Notes: generated by a model not told the origin, from the sequence alone. DNA of 64,000 bases from Acidobacteriota bacterium (GCA_028875575.1 JAPPDF010000087.1:14147-78146); one strand, 5' to 3'; shown: positions 18,977-28,729, numbered from the stretch's first letter. A program made the numbers and translations.

Positions 18977-20049
18977 TCGAGCTGGGGATTTCACAATTCA
19001 GGCCGGAGCGGCGGCAATCGGGCGGGAGCTTCACCGATGCCGTTGTGCGGTTGCTGGAAGCTCAAGCGGCCGGGACGGCGGCAAGCACCGGATCAACGGC
19101 CGCGGTCGAGGCGGCTGCCGGCGCACTCTCCCGGGCCCTGGCGGCGGCTGAGGTCTCGGGGCCTGAGTGGGCGACCGGGGCGGTGTCTGCCGAGTTCCTG
19201 GGGCAAGTCGGGCGCGACCTGGTGAGGTCGGGTCAATCCCTGCACGTCCTGGACGTGGACAACGCGGGGCGGGTATCCCTTCTGCCGGCGGCAAGCTGGC
19301 ATTTCGAGGGATCGGCCCATCCGTCAAGCTGGAGCGTTCGGGCCACGGTCTACGGACCATCAACGTCCGTCACTCGCCACTTGCCCTTTTCGGGGGTCGT
19401 GTTTGTCAAGTGGGGGTCCACTCCCGGCCAGCGGTACACAGGGACCGGGCCGCTATCCTGGGCCAATATCACGGCACGACTGCAATCGGAGTCCGAGCGG
19501 TCCCTGGCCGACGAGGCCGGCGGGCCGATTGCCAATCTGCTGGCCATCCCTCAGGACGGCGGGGACGGGACCGACGAGGATCCCTTGAAGGAACTGAAGG
19601 CCGATCTCCGGACGGCCAGGGGCAAGGCGCTGTTGCTGGAAACCACGGCGGCCGGTTGGGGCGATGGCAGGCTGTCGGCCCCTCAAAGGGACTGGAAGGC
19701 CGAGCGGTTGGGGCCGGCGCCGGCGGCCGGGCTGGTACAAGTCCGGGCCGATGCCTTTAAGGCCGTCCTGGCCGCTGCTGGGTGTTCGGTCGCCATGTTT
19801 GATGATTCCGACGGCACAAGCAAGCGAGAAGCCCTGCGGCAGTTCTTTCTAGGGACCGTGCAACCGCTGGCCCGGATGTTGCAGGCCGAGCTCGCGGCCA
19901 AGCTGGAAGCGCCGATCCGGCTGGGCTTCGATCTTTACAACGTGGACCTGGCCGGCCGGGCACAGTCGTTTCAGAAGTTAGTCGCGGGCGGGATGGACCT
20001 TGCCAAGGCGGCAGGATTGGCTGGGTTGATGGACATGGAGGCCGGTTAA
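18973..20049 (+). CDS. phage portal protein, HK97 family
   Basis: The C-terminal region (LLAIPQDGGDGTDE...SVAMFDDSDGTSKREALRQFFLGTVQPLARMLQAEL) matches the conserved portal clip/wing motifs. Start taken at the ATGA overlap (the track ORF begins at 18946). Confidence 0.7.
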   Translation: MIELGISQFRPERRQSGGSFTDAVVRLLEAQAAGTAASTGSTAAVEAAAGALSRALAAAEVSGPEWATGAVSAEFLGQVGRDLVRSGQSLHVLDVDNAGRVSLLPAASWHFEGSAHPSSWSVRATVYGPSTSVTRHLPFSGVVFVKWGSTPGQRYTGTGPLSWANITARLQSESERSLADEAGGPIANLLAIPQDGGDGTDEDPLKELKADLRTARGKALLLETTAAGWGDGRLSAPQRDWKAERLGPAPAAGLVQVRADAFKAVLAAAGCSVAMFDDSDGTSKREALRQFFLGTVQPLARMLQAELAAKLEAPIRLGFDLYNVDLAGRAQSFQKLVAGGMDLAKAAGLAGLMDMEAG

Positions 20050-20117
20050 CCGATACCGGTTCGTTCCCTTAGGGACAGAGCTAGGCACACCTTCGGGGCC
20101 AAGCTATAATTTCGGCA

Positions 20118-20966
20118 ATGAAACGAATGTGTTGTGTCAACCTGTTGGGCGGACTGGCCCTGTCTATATTGACCCTTACTCTCTGGTGGCATTGGGATTG
20201 GGTCGTGTCGTCCTCAGGGGAGTCCGGCTCAACGATCCTTCGAAACCTTGGGCTCGTATACGGTGGTCTCATTGCGATTTGGGTAGCCCTCTGGCGTGGT
20301 GTGGTGGCTGATCGACAGGCGGAGGCTTCCAGAGTCCAAGGCGAATCCTCCATGCAGCTAGCGAAGGCTGCCGAAGTCCAAGCTGATACTTCGCAGCGCG
20401 GGCTACTGAACGAGCGTTACCAAAGGAGCGCAGAAATGCTTGGCAGCAAGGTGATGGCTGTCCGCTTGGGAGGCATATTTGCGCTGCATCGTTTGGGCAA
20501 ACACGACCCAGAGCAATACCATGTCCAAACAATGCGGCTATTGAGTTCGTTCGTGTGCTACCCAACTGAGGAAGCTAGATCAACGGACCGCGAGGATGTT
20601 CGGGTCGCATTGGCGGTTATCGGTACCCGGAACAAAGCCGATATTGCACTTGAGAGGAAAGAGGCATATCGTGTGTTCCTGATTTCTGCAGACCTGTCCA
20701 ACATGATCCTGCGAGGGCCAAACCTGACCGGTGCGAAGCTGATAGGTGCAAACCTAACCAATACATTTTTGGGCACGGCCAACCTAACCGGTGTCCACCT
20801 ATTCGACGCGAATCTGACCAGGACGGATCTCTCCCGAACGAGAGGCCTAACCCAATTTCAGCTCGATGAAGCGTGCGCTGATCCAGCCGGTCCACCCAAG
20901 TTAGGTAGCCTTTGTGATGCCAGAACTGGTGAGCCTTTAGTTTGGAATGACAATCCTTGCAGTTAG
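20118..20966 (+). CDS. membrane-anchored pentapeptide-repeat protein (island cargo gene)
   Basis: Two N-terminal TM helices followed by consecutive pentapeptide repeats (ADLSNMILRGPNLTGAKLIGANLTNTFLGTANLTGVHLFDANLTRTDLSRT). Its GC is visibly lower (~50%) than the surrounding ~64%. Confidence 0.7.
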   Translation: MKRMCCVNLLGGLALSILTLTLWWHWDWVVSSSGESGSTILRNLGLVYGGLIAIWVALWRGVVADRQAEASRVQGESSMQLAKAAEVQADTSQRGLLNERYQRSAEMLGSKVMAVRLGGIFALHRLGKHDPEQYHVQTMRLLSSFVCYPTEEARSTDREDVRVALAVIGTRNKADIALERKEAYRVFLISADLSNMILRGPNLTGAKLIGANLTNTFLGTANLTGVHLFDANLTRTDLSRTRGLTQFQLDEACADPAGPPKLGSLCDARTGEPLVWNDNPCS

Positions 20967-21078
20967 CCCTTGGCGGAGCAAGTGCTCCGTTCGGCTCTGG
21001 CATTCGTGGGATCAAACGTGGTAAAAATTTGATTAGGTTTTTCTTAAATGACTTTATATCAGTTTGTTAGACTGATCA

Positions 21079-21101
21079 TTCGATCCCCTTCTCGTCCACC
21101 A
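21079..21101 (+). repeat. attR: 23-bp direct repeat of the tRNA-Ala 3' end
   Basis: TTCGATCCCCTTCTCGTCCACCA is identical to 9939..9961. Confidence 0.85.
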
Positions 21102-21621
21102 AACTCCATCCCAAGAAAGTCCGAGCGGTTCTGGTATTACCCTATAATCAACGTTTTAAAATCTTCAGCCGACCATTCCCATCCAACATTCCCATCTGAT
21201 AGCCCGGGGTAACTGACGGCCGGTCAGTTACGGGAAAAAGTCGCCCCCACCGTACGGCGCAGCGATATTAGCATTCGTCGGGCTCAGTCTGCCAAATCAT
21301 CCGGAAAATTGTTGGACGGAGGCTTCTCGTGTCTCGGAGTGCTCCACTCGTCCGGAAGTAGCTGACCGCACGGTGCTTACGGTCACCGTAAGTGCTTTTG
21401 CCGGCACCTACTCCTCCTGTAATTGCGTTTCAACCCACCGTAGGCCAATTCCCCGGGCGCGTTTCATTCCGGCTGCCATCGCGTCCACCGACAATGGGCG
21501 TTTTTTCCGTCAGCACTGGCGCGAGAACTGGTCGGAAGGGCAGAACAGCCAGGTTGGATTTACCAATCAGTTCCGGTATGCCTTACTATCTGTAGGATCA
21601 GAACTTCAGAGAAATAGGAAC

Positions 21622-21846
21622 ATGCAACTCTCAATGATTACAAGGCGCGGCCAGACGACCATCCCCAAGCGCATCCGTGAGGCGGCCAACCTGCACGTTG
21701 GTGATGTGATTTCTTTCGAGATCGAGGACGATCATCTAGTGGTACGCAAGGTGACGCCGGGGCAGGACAACTATCTGAAGTCTCTCTCCAAGGTTCTTGA
21801 CGAATGGTCCTCGCCCGAAGACGAGCATGCGTGGCGTGATCTTTGA
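21622..21846 (+). CDS. mazE: MazE/AbrB/SpoVT-family antitoxin
   Basis: MQLSMITRRGQTTIPKRIREAANLHVGDVISFEIEDDHLVVRKV is a swapped-hairpin AbrB/MazE motif. It overlaps the downstream toxin gene. Confidence 0.8.
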   Translation: MQLSMITRRGQTTIPKRIREAANLHVGDVISFEIEDDHLVVRKVTPGQDNYLKSLSKVLDEWSSPEDEHAWRDL

Positions 21847-22174
21847 GCCCCTCGATGTAGCCGTCGTCCCTTTTCCCTTCACCGACCGCCGACGCACGAA
21901 ACGCCGGCCGGCCCTGATAGTCTCATCGGCAATCTTCAATCGGACTCATGAACAATCCATCCTGGCAATGATAACCACAGCCGGGCGCGATTGGCCGAGC
22001 GACGTAGCAATTCAGGGCTGGCGGCAGGCCTGCCTCAATGTTCCTTGCAAGGTCCGCTTCAAGCTCTTCACCCTGGATGATGCTCTGATTGTCCGTAAGC
22101 TCGGGGCGTTGTCGAAACAAGATGGGGAAGCGATGAAGAGAGCCCTCGGGCACGTCGTGGCAGGCAGTGTGTAG
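21827..22174 (+). CDS. mazF: MazF/PemK-family mRNA interferase toxin
   Basis: PemK/MazF pattern VVPFPFTDRRRTKRRPALIVS...AMITT...VRFKLFTLDDALIVRKLG, with a 20-bp overlap on mazE. Confidence 0.8.
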   Translation: MRGVIFEPLDVAVVPFPFTDRRRTKRRPALIVSSAIFNRTHEQSILAMITTAGRDWPSDVAIQGWRQACLNVPCKVRFKLFTLDDALIVRKLGALSKQDGEAMKRALGHVVAGSV

Positions 22175-23600
22175 TTCACTGCCACGTGACCGATGCCGAT
22201 GTTAATTGCAGTTATTCCAGTAATTCAACAACGTCCCCTACTTTCTGCCTCTTTTTTCAGTGACTGCGGAAAACAAACCGCTTCCCGATTCGTTCTGATT
22301 TCGGTAACCGGTTTTTATAGCCGGAACCGGATTTCGGAGCCTTTTCTTCGCTCTTGATTCACGTCCAGTTTCGTCTCTGGCAAGGCTCCACTGCACCTCC
22401 TATTCGCCCTTCTTGAGAAGGACCAGCCGCCCTTCCTCTCTCATCATGTTCAAGCTGCTGGAGATGGTGTTTTCTTGACCTCCACGGCTCTTGCGGGAAA
22501 TCCGCAGGAGAGGGGCCCTCTCGACCAAGGAGCCGGGGTCTGGCCAAATCGAACGTCATTTGTCTCAGTTTGGGATATTTTGTCTAAAAACACGTAATGG
22601 ACACTTTATTAGATCTAATAGTCACTTTAAGAGCACATTCGTTTGTTAGCGTCAGGCGTGATTTCCTCGAAATCAACTCTCTGCAGGATCTGTTTCGGGA
22701 GCCCTTTCAGGGCAACATTCGTATTAGCAGTGATTTGAGAAACCTTGGGAGCGGAGGAAAGCAGGCAGGTGCATCGACCTTAAGTCGGAGTGCAGTGCAG
22801 AAGGACCTTCTCTCTGGGGGCCGCGTCTACCTTCCTGCCGTCCGGCCCGGGCGCATTCCCTTCCTGTCGGCCTTGAGCCTTTCCCCGGTTCGGCGGCGGT
22901 TGGGGGGTGGCAAAGGCGTGATGCAGGGCAACAGAAGGACGTCAAGGGAGGGGGGCGACCCTGAATTTCGGAGGTTTACGTCGGGAGGTAAGCCTGTGGG
23001 AAGCCATTTTCGAAATGGTGGCGGCCATCGCAGCTCGTGCCCTTTCGATACCGTCGCTTCTGCTGATCAAGTAAAACGACAAGGCTGTTCTTAGGATCAA
23101 GAACCCTTTGGCGGCTCTCCGCAGGGCCGCCGCAGAGTTGTCAGGAGGCTCGAAAGCGGGAATGTAATTCCTGGAGCGCCCCCTCCAGGATAGGTGTGGC
23201 TGGTCGTCTTACCCAATTCTACGGCCAGTCACACCGCCCGGGCCGCGCCAGGTCCGATGGCCACGGTCGATGAACTCAACAGGGTCATATCCCCGGGGGA
23301 TCCAGATCTCTTAAAGGAGGTAGTGGATTCAGGCGTCGACCCCAACACGGTCGACGATTCCGACCCGGCACGCTAGAGGGCCGAGCACCGGTGCGCCCGC
23401 GACTATGACGCCGTGGGTTTGTGGGGAACCATGGGGTGTTACCGGGATGCCCGGGTTCAGGGGTGGAAGTGTCAGGAACGCTGGTGCGCCATGCATCCTG
23501 TGCCGTTGTGTCCTCACCGTCAGCGTCACTAAACCAACCCGAAAAGGGCGTCGGTCCGGCTTCGCCATGAGGCCGGCCCTTCATTCTTCAGGAGGCCACC

Positions 23601-23779
23601 TTGCCCATTGATTCTATCATCGCCATCGGCAGACTGGCTGAAACCGCCGTCGCTGTGATCTTCCCCGTAGCGGTGTTTTTTCTGGTATGGGGCATCTACC
23701 GCAAACTTGCCGACGCGGTGGTGCTGCTGCAATTCATCCGGGACCATATCCACGTGGACGAGAACATCCGATGGTCATG
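23601..23779 (+). CDS. putative small membrane protein (59 aa, TTG start)
   Basis: GGAGG lies 6 nt upstream of the TTG. It has one clear TM helix (AVAVIFPVAVFFLVWGIY). It falls below the ORF-track length cutoff; low confidence. Confidence 0.25.
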
Positions 23780-24410
23780 ACGGTTCACTCCCACGAGTTT
23801 AATGAACTCTCACGCCGCATCGACAGGATCGCCGGAGCAGGTCTTCCGCCTCCATGCAGAATACATCCGTGAGTTGAAACCTGTACTGACCTCCGAGGCC
23901 AGAGCCCCCCCCAGGAAGAGCCAACAAGGCCTGGACCGAGGAGGAGAAGGCGGAGGTTAAGGCGACCTTCCAGAAGGGGGTTCCCGTCCGCGGGATTGCC
24001 GTCCGGCAGCAGCGCGCGCCGAACTTCATCAAGTCAGCCCCGATAAGGCTCGGGCTAGTGGGTCAGTGGTGAGGAAAAATGGAGTGGTTCGTCGGTGCGG
24101 TGATTATCTCAGTGCTGGTGATCATCGGCTTCATGGTCTACGACGAGCGGGGGAGGGGCGACTGAGCTTGCCCGCCAACAGAAAAATCCGAGAGGAGGTT
24201 CACACCAAAAAAATGGAACGATGTAAGAGTTAATCCACTTGATCGGTGAGCCATCCTCACTTGTTGGAAAGTTTCGAGGGAACCCCCAGGGGACGTTGTT
24301 GAATTAGTGGAATTGCTTGTGCCCGGCCGTCTTTGACATCGCAAACTCCGATCCACAGCCGGCTGGCTCGCCGCACCTGAAATCACTGGCATTTTACCCC
24401 GACCAGGTTC

Positions 24411-25455
24411 TCACTCCGGAGCCCGCGGCGGGGCGCAGATCCGGTCCATGAAGAACTGCAGGAACCGGTCGGCGTCGATCAGCACTGGAACCTGGGCATT
24501 GGGTTCAACAGGCTCGAGCCCGGTAAGAACGTAGTGGTCTCCGGAGTCTTCTATGGATTCCCTGAGCAGATAGCGATTGGCCACCGTTTCGCCGTAGGTC
24601 AATCGCCCCCGGGTCTCCACGGCGATATGCATGGGACGACTCTCCGTGGCCAGGGACGAATCCACTGCCAAACCCACTGCCAGCGGATCGTGGAGCGCGC
24701 CTCCTTCAAAGCCGATGCTCTCGGAAAAAGCGAGGTAGAAATCGGCCAATTGAGCCACATAGCGTGCGATGGGTGATCGATGGTCGGCGAGAGCAGCCGT
24801 ATGGGATCGTTGCAACAGGGTTTGATGAGTGGCGCCCAGACCCACCATGGTGATGGGAATGCCCGACTCGAAGACGATCTTGGCGGCCTCCGGATCGTTG
24901 TAGATGTTGGCCTCGGCGGCAGGGGTGGCGTTTCCTCCTTCGATAGAGCCGCCCATCAGGATGATCTCGGGTATCTGTTCTGCGATGTCCGGTCGCTTGA
25001 GCAGGACCCGAGCGATATTGGTCAGTGGTCCCAGGGGCAGCAGGGTGATTTGCCCGGGGTGGGCGCGGACGAGATCGACGATCAGATCCACGGCGTGACC
25101 CGACTCGGCGGTCTTGGCCGGGGAAGGCAATTCCGTCTCTCCGAGACCGTTCCTGCCATGCACGATGGGGGCCGTGATCAGCTTTTTCCGGAGTGGGCAT
25201 TTCTCTCCCCTGGCCACCGGGATCTCGGTCCGGCCGGCCAGTTCGACCAGCTTGAGCGCATTCTCCACACCCTGGTCCACCAGCACGTTTCCGGAGACCA
25301 CGGTAATCGCCTCGATTCGCAATTCCGGGGACTGGGCCGCCAAAAGGATGGCCATGGCATCGTCAATGCCGGGGTCCGAATCGAGAATGATCCTGCGAGG
25401 CCGGGATGTCGTCGGGTTGGTGCCTGTTTGTGCCGGTAAGTTTGAACCGATGGTA
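24411..25455 (-). CDS. nucleoside hydrolase (IunH/RihA-like); start codon unclear, possibly a pseudogene or non-canonical start
   Basis: The essential DXDXXXDD motif (RRIILDSDPGIDDAMA) lies in-frame upstream of the first ATG (25355). No ATG, GTG or TTG exists between the upstream stop (25471) and the motif; the only candidate is CTG at 25455. The rest of the protein is an intact IU-NH fold (LPLGPLTNIA...NIYNDPEAA). Confidence 0.6.
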
Positions 25456-25532
25456 AGCTCCAGGGAGAGTCTCTTTCACCTTGCCGGGGTAACAGGAACC
25501 TCTTGGCGCGTTCCCCATCCCAATCAAAGCGT

Positions 25533-27695
25533 CTATTCCAACTCCAGTTCCAGCTGGCCGGGTTCGGTGACCGGGGCCTTGCAGGTGTAGTTCTCGCAGA
25601 CGTAGGCGGCGGGCCGGCCCCTGACCAGCGTCTTGCCCTCCAGCAGGGGCAGCTCGCGAGCGCCGCCGGCGTCGTTCGGGTCCAGAAGGGCCACCACCTT
25701 GTTGGGCAGGAACTTCCGATGAACGACATCGAGCAGCCGTTGGGTCTCGTCGGACTCCGGATCGCCCACCACGGCGATTTCCTTGACCGGGCCCAGGTAG
25801 AAGTCGGCGGCCCCCAGCAGGTATCCGAAGCCGTTGGGATAGCGGGTCAGCGGAAGGTGCATGTTCTCGAGGTTGGTCTCGGCAATGCTCCGATACTCGA
25901 GGTTTCCAGTCAGGATGGCCAGCTTGAGAAGATTGAACACCGCCACCGAGCTTCCGGCCGGGGTGGCGTTGTCGTAGGCGTCCCTGACCGGAGTCACCAG
26001 TTGCTCGTGTTCCTCGCCGGTGAGGAAGAAGATGGCCTGCTCCCGGTCCCAGAACTGCTCCAGCATGGCGTCGTTGTAGATGACTGCCTGGTCCAGCCAC
26101 TCTCTCTCGCCGGTGGCCTGGTATAGCGCCAGCAAATGCTCCACCAGGTTGGCGTAGTCATCGAGGTAGCCGGGCAGCTTGGACACCCCGTCCTTGCGGG
26201 TGCGGAGTATCCTGTTTCCTCGGGAAAGGTGCTCGAGCAGATAGCGGGCATTGCGCTTGGCGACCTCCAGGTAATCGGCCCGCTGCAGGACCACCGACGC
26301 CTCCACGAAGCTGACGCCCATCATGCCGTTCCAGCCGGTGAGAATCTTCTCGTCACGGTGCGGCTTGACCCGCTTCTCACGCTCCCGGAACAGGCGTTCC
26401 CGGGCTTCGGAAAGGATCCTGGCAAGCTCGCCCGGAGACAGTGACAGCTCGCCGGCCACCTGTTCCAGGGGCCGGGGCACGTTCAGGATGTTGGACCCTT
26501 CGAAGTTCCCCCCGTCAGTGACGTCGTAATATCGGCAGAAGGCCTTGCTTTCCTCCTCGCCGAGGATCTCCCCGACCTCGGTTGGAGTCCAGACAAAGAA
26601 CTTGCCCTCGTGGCCCTCACTGTCGGCGTCCTGGGTCGAGTAGAAGCCGCCCTGGGGATTCAGCATCTCTCGGACCACGTAATCCAGGATCTCCTCCACC
26701 ACTCTGGCATAGAGGGGTTGCGGGTCGAGCTGATAGGCTTCGAGATAGAGCCGGCTCAGGAGGGCGTTGTCGTAGAGCATCTTCTCGAAATGGGGCACCA
26801 GCCAGCGCTCATCCACCGAGTAGCGGTGAAATCCTCCTCCCAGTTGGTCGTACATGCCCCCCCGGGCCATCTTCTCCAGGGTCAGGGATACGAATTCGCG
26901 TCCCTCCGGGCGGCCGGTCCGGGAGAAGTGGCGAAGAAGAAAGGTCAGGCTCATGGATCCGGGAAACTTGGGAGCTCCGGTGAAACCGCCATGGGTCAGG
27001 TCAAAACGTGGGGCCAACTGGTCGAAAGCCCGGTCGAGGCTGGCGCGGGTCACTTTGGCGGCGCCCGCTGGCAGCGTGTTCATGGCCTCCAGGCGCTGCA
27101 GAATGTCGGGCCCCCGGGCCTCAATCTCCTCCCGCTTCTCGCGATAGGCCTCGGCCAGAGCCAGGCAGAGGCGCCCGAAGCCGGGCCGACCGAAGCGGTC
27201 GTCGGGAGGGAAATAGGTCCCCCCGAAAAAGGGGATCTCGTCGGGAGTCAGAAACACCGTCATGGGCCAGCCGCCGCTTCCAGTGGTCATCTGGACATAG
27301 TTCATGTAGAGGGTGTCCAGGTCGGGCCGTTCCTCCCGATCGACCTTGATGTTCACGAAGTGGGCGTTCATGACCTCGGCGATGGCTTCGTTTTCGAAGG
27401 ACTCCCGCTCCATGACATGGCACCAGTGGCAAGCCGAATATCCGATGCTGAGCAGAATCGGCTTGTCTTCCCGCCTGGCCTTTTCAAGGGCTTCCTCTCC
27501 CCAGGGGAACCAGTCCACCGGGTTGTGGGCATGCTGCCGCAGATAGGGGCTGGTCTCGTGGATCAATCGATTGGTAAATTCGGGCTCGGCAGCCGAATTC
27601 CGGGTGGTTTTCATGGATATTTCCTCTGAAGGCCGGCTCTCCGGGAAGGCGAAGAGAAGTAACAGAATCAGCAGGATGAGAGTTCCGTTCTTCAT
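25533..27695 (-). CDS. thioredoxin-domain protein, YyaL/SPATA20 family (DUF255 plus six-hairpin glycosidase-like domain), with signal peptide
   Basis: [11 protein letters not shown] thioredoxin-like motif at the N-terminus after signal peptide [17 protein letters not shown], with long alpha/alpha-toroid-like C-terminal domains. Confidence 0.8.
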   Translation of the reverse strand: MKNGTLILLILLLLFAFPESRPSEEISMKTTRNSAAEPEFTNRLIHETSPYLRQHAHNPVDWFPWGEEALEKARREDKPILLSIGYSACHWCHVMERESFENEAIAEVMNAHFVNIKVDREERPDLDTLYMNYVQMTTGSGGWPMTVFLTPDEIPFFGGTYFPPDDRFGRPGFGRLCLALAEAYREKREEIEARGPDILQRLEAMNTLPAGAAKVTRASLDRAFDQLAPRFDLTHGGFTGAPKFPGSMSLTFLLRHFSRTGRPEGREFVSLTLEKMARGGMYDQLGGGFHRYSVDERWLVPHFEKMLYDNALLSRLYLEAYQLDPQPLYARVVEEILDYVVREMLNPQGGFYSTQDADSEGHEGKFFVWTPTEVGEILGEEESKAFCRYYDVTDGGNFEGSNILNVPRPLEQVAGELSLSPGELARILSEARERLFREREKRVKPHRDEKILTGWNGMMGVSFVEASVVLQRADYLEVAKRNARYLLEHLSRGNRILRTRKDGVSKLPGYLDDYANLVEHLLALYQATGEREWLDQAVIYNDAMLEQFWDREQAIFFLTGEEHEQLVTPVRDAYDNATPAGSSVAVFNLLKLAILTGNLEYRSIAETNLENMHLPLTRYPNGFGYLLGAADFYLGPVKEIAVVGDPESDETQRLLDVVHRKFLPNKVVALLDPNDAGGARELPLLEGKTLVRGRPAAYVCENYTCKAPVTEPGQLELELE

Positions 27696-27913
27696 CCGGG
27701 CAAGGGTCCGAAGGAATGCCGCCCGCTGGGATTCAGGCAGGACAGGGATTCCCGTCGGCAGGTAACCATAACCCGGCGGAGAACCCCGGTCAAGGCTGGT
27801 TGCGGCAGCGGCAATTTCGCGATGCAATCGAAGCGGCTTTACACTAGAATGAGGCCGACAAAAAGAGTTGGAAACGATTGTTTCTGGAAGCTGTTTCCTG
27901 AGGTGGGGCCGAC

Positions 27914-28693
27914 ATGAAACCTGACAAGCTGGTCATTGCTGGACGGGAATTTTCATCCCGTCTGCTGGTGGGGACGGGGAAGTACGCATCTTTTGCGCAG
28001 ATGGTGGAAGCCCATGAGAAGTCGGGCGCCGAGATTGTGACGGTGGCGGTTCGCCGGGTGAATCTTTCCGATCGAAACCGGGAGTCGCTGCTGGACTGGA
28101 TCGATACCAAGCGTTATTTCATCCTGCCCAATACGGCCGGTTGCTACAGCCGGGACGAAGCCGTGCGGGCTGCTCGGCTCGGCCGCGAAGCCGGCCTTTC
28201 CAACTGGGTGAAGCTGGAGGTCATCGGAGACGAAAAGACTCTCTTTCCCGACAACGCGGGCCTGCTTGAGGCGACCGAGATCCTGGTGAAGGAAGGATTC
28301 GTGGTGCTTCCCTACACCAACGACGATCTCGTGACCGCCCGGCGTCTGATCGATGCCGGAGCGGCAGCGGTGATGCCGCTGGGGGCGCCCATCGGCTCGG
28401 GAATGGGAATTCAGAACGTGGCCACCATGAAAATCCTGCGGGAGATGATTACCGAGGTTCCGTTGATCGTGGATGCCGGCGTGGGCACGGCCTCGGACAC
28501 CGCTCTGGCCATGGAGTTGGGCGCCGATGCCGTCCTGATGAACACCGGTATCGCCTCGGCGGATGACCCGGTGGAGATGGCCGAAGCCATGAATCTGGCT
28601 ACCCGGGCGGGCCGGCTGGCCTACCTGGCAGGCAGAATTCCCAGGAAGCTGTACGCCACCGCCAGCAGCCCGCTGGAGGGAGTGGTGCGGTAG
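27914..28693 (+). CDS. thiG: thiazole synthase ThiG
   Basis: Full-length ThiG ([24 protein letters not shown]...[14 protein letters not shown]...). Confidence 0.92.
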   Translation: MKPDKLVIAGREFSSRLLVGTGKYASFAQMVEAHEKSGAEIVTVAVRRVNLSDRNRESLLDWIDTKRYFILPNTAGCYSRDEAVRAARLGREAGLSNWVKLEVIGDEKTLFPDNAGLLEATEILVKEGFVVLPYTNDDLVTARRLIDAGAAAVMPLGAPIGSGMGIQNVATMKILREMITEVPLIVDAGVGTASDTALAMELGADAVLMNTGIASADDPVEMAEAMNLATRAGRLAYLAGRIPRKLYATASSPLEGVVR

Positions 28694-28729
28694 CAATGGC
28701 GAGTCGCCACCGGGGTGCCGGCGCGGGCG

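Larger units (their letters stand above)
9939..21101 (+). mobile_element. Integrated ~11.2 kb phage-satellite-like island (capsid-forming PICI-like) at tRNA-Ala, bounded by a 23-bp direct repeat (attL/attR)
   Basis: Exact repeat TTCGATCCCCTTCTCGTCCACCA at 9939..9961 (tRNA 3' end) and 21079..21101. Gene content is int, alpA, rep ATPase plus iterons, terS?, terL, HNH, MCP, protease, connector and portal, with no tail or lysis genes. Confidence 0.8.

Noticed and set aside
14076-20049. Interpretation of the structural gene cluster as a degraded full prophage or a GTA
   Set aside because: The module is flanked on both sides by intact int/alpA/rep and attR, within only 11 kb and with no tail-gene remnants, so a satellite is more parsimonious. 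A GTA would lack int, rep and att and would carry tail genes. A defective prophage cannot be fully excluded without the rest of the genome.
22597-23094. 165-aa ORF in the low-coding region
   Set aside because: Gly/Arg/Ser-rich low-complexity composition, no RBS and no domain resemblance. Likely non-coding.
22200-23600. Large ncRNA (RNase P RNA, tmRNA, SRP RNA, 6S) in the ORF-poor region
   Set aside because: None of the conserved sequence signatures (GGAAAGTCCGG, tmRNA tag region plus tRNA-like 3' end, SRP GGAAGCAGCC) are present. The region is left as unexplained.
27828-27913. TPP riboswitch upstream of thiG
   Set aside because: The leader is only ~85 nt and lacks the conserved CUGAGA / ACCUGAUCUGGAUAAUGCCAGCG elements.
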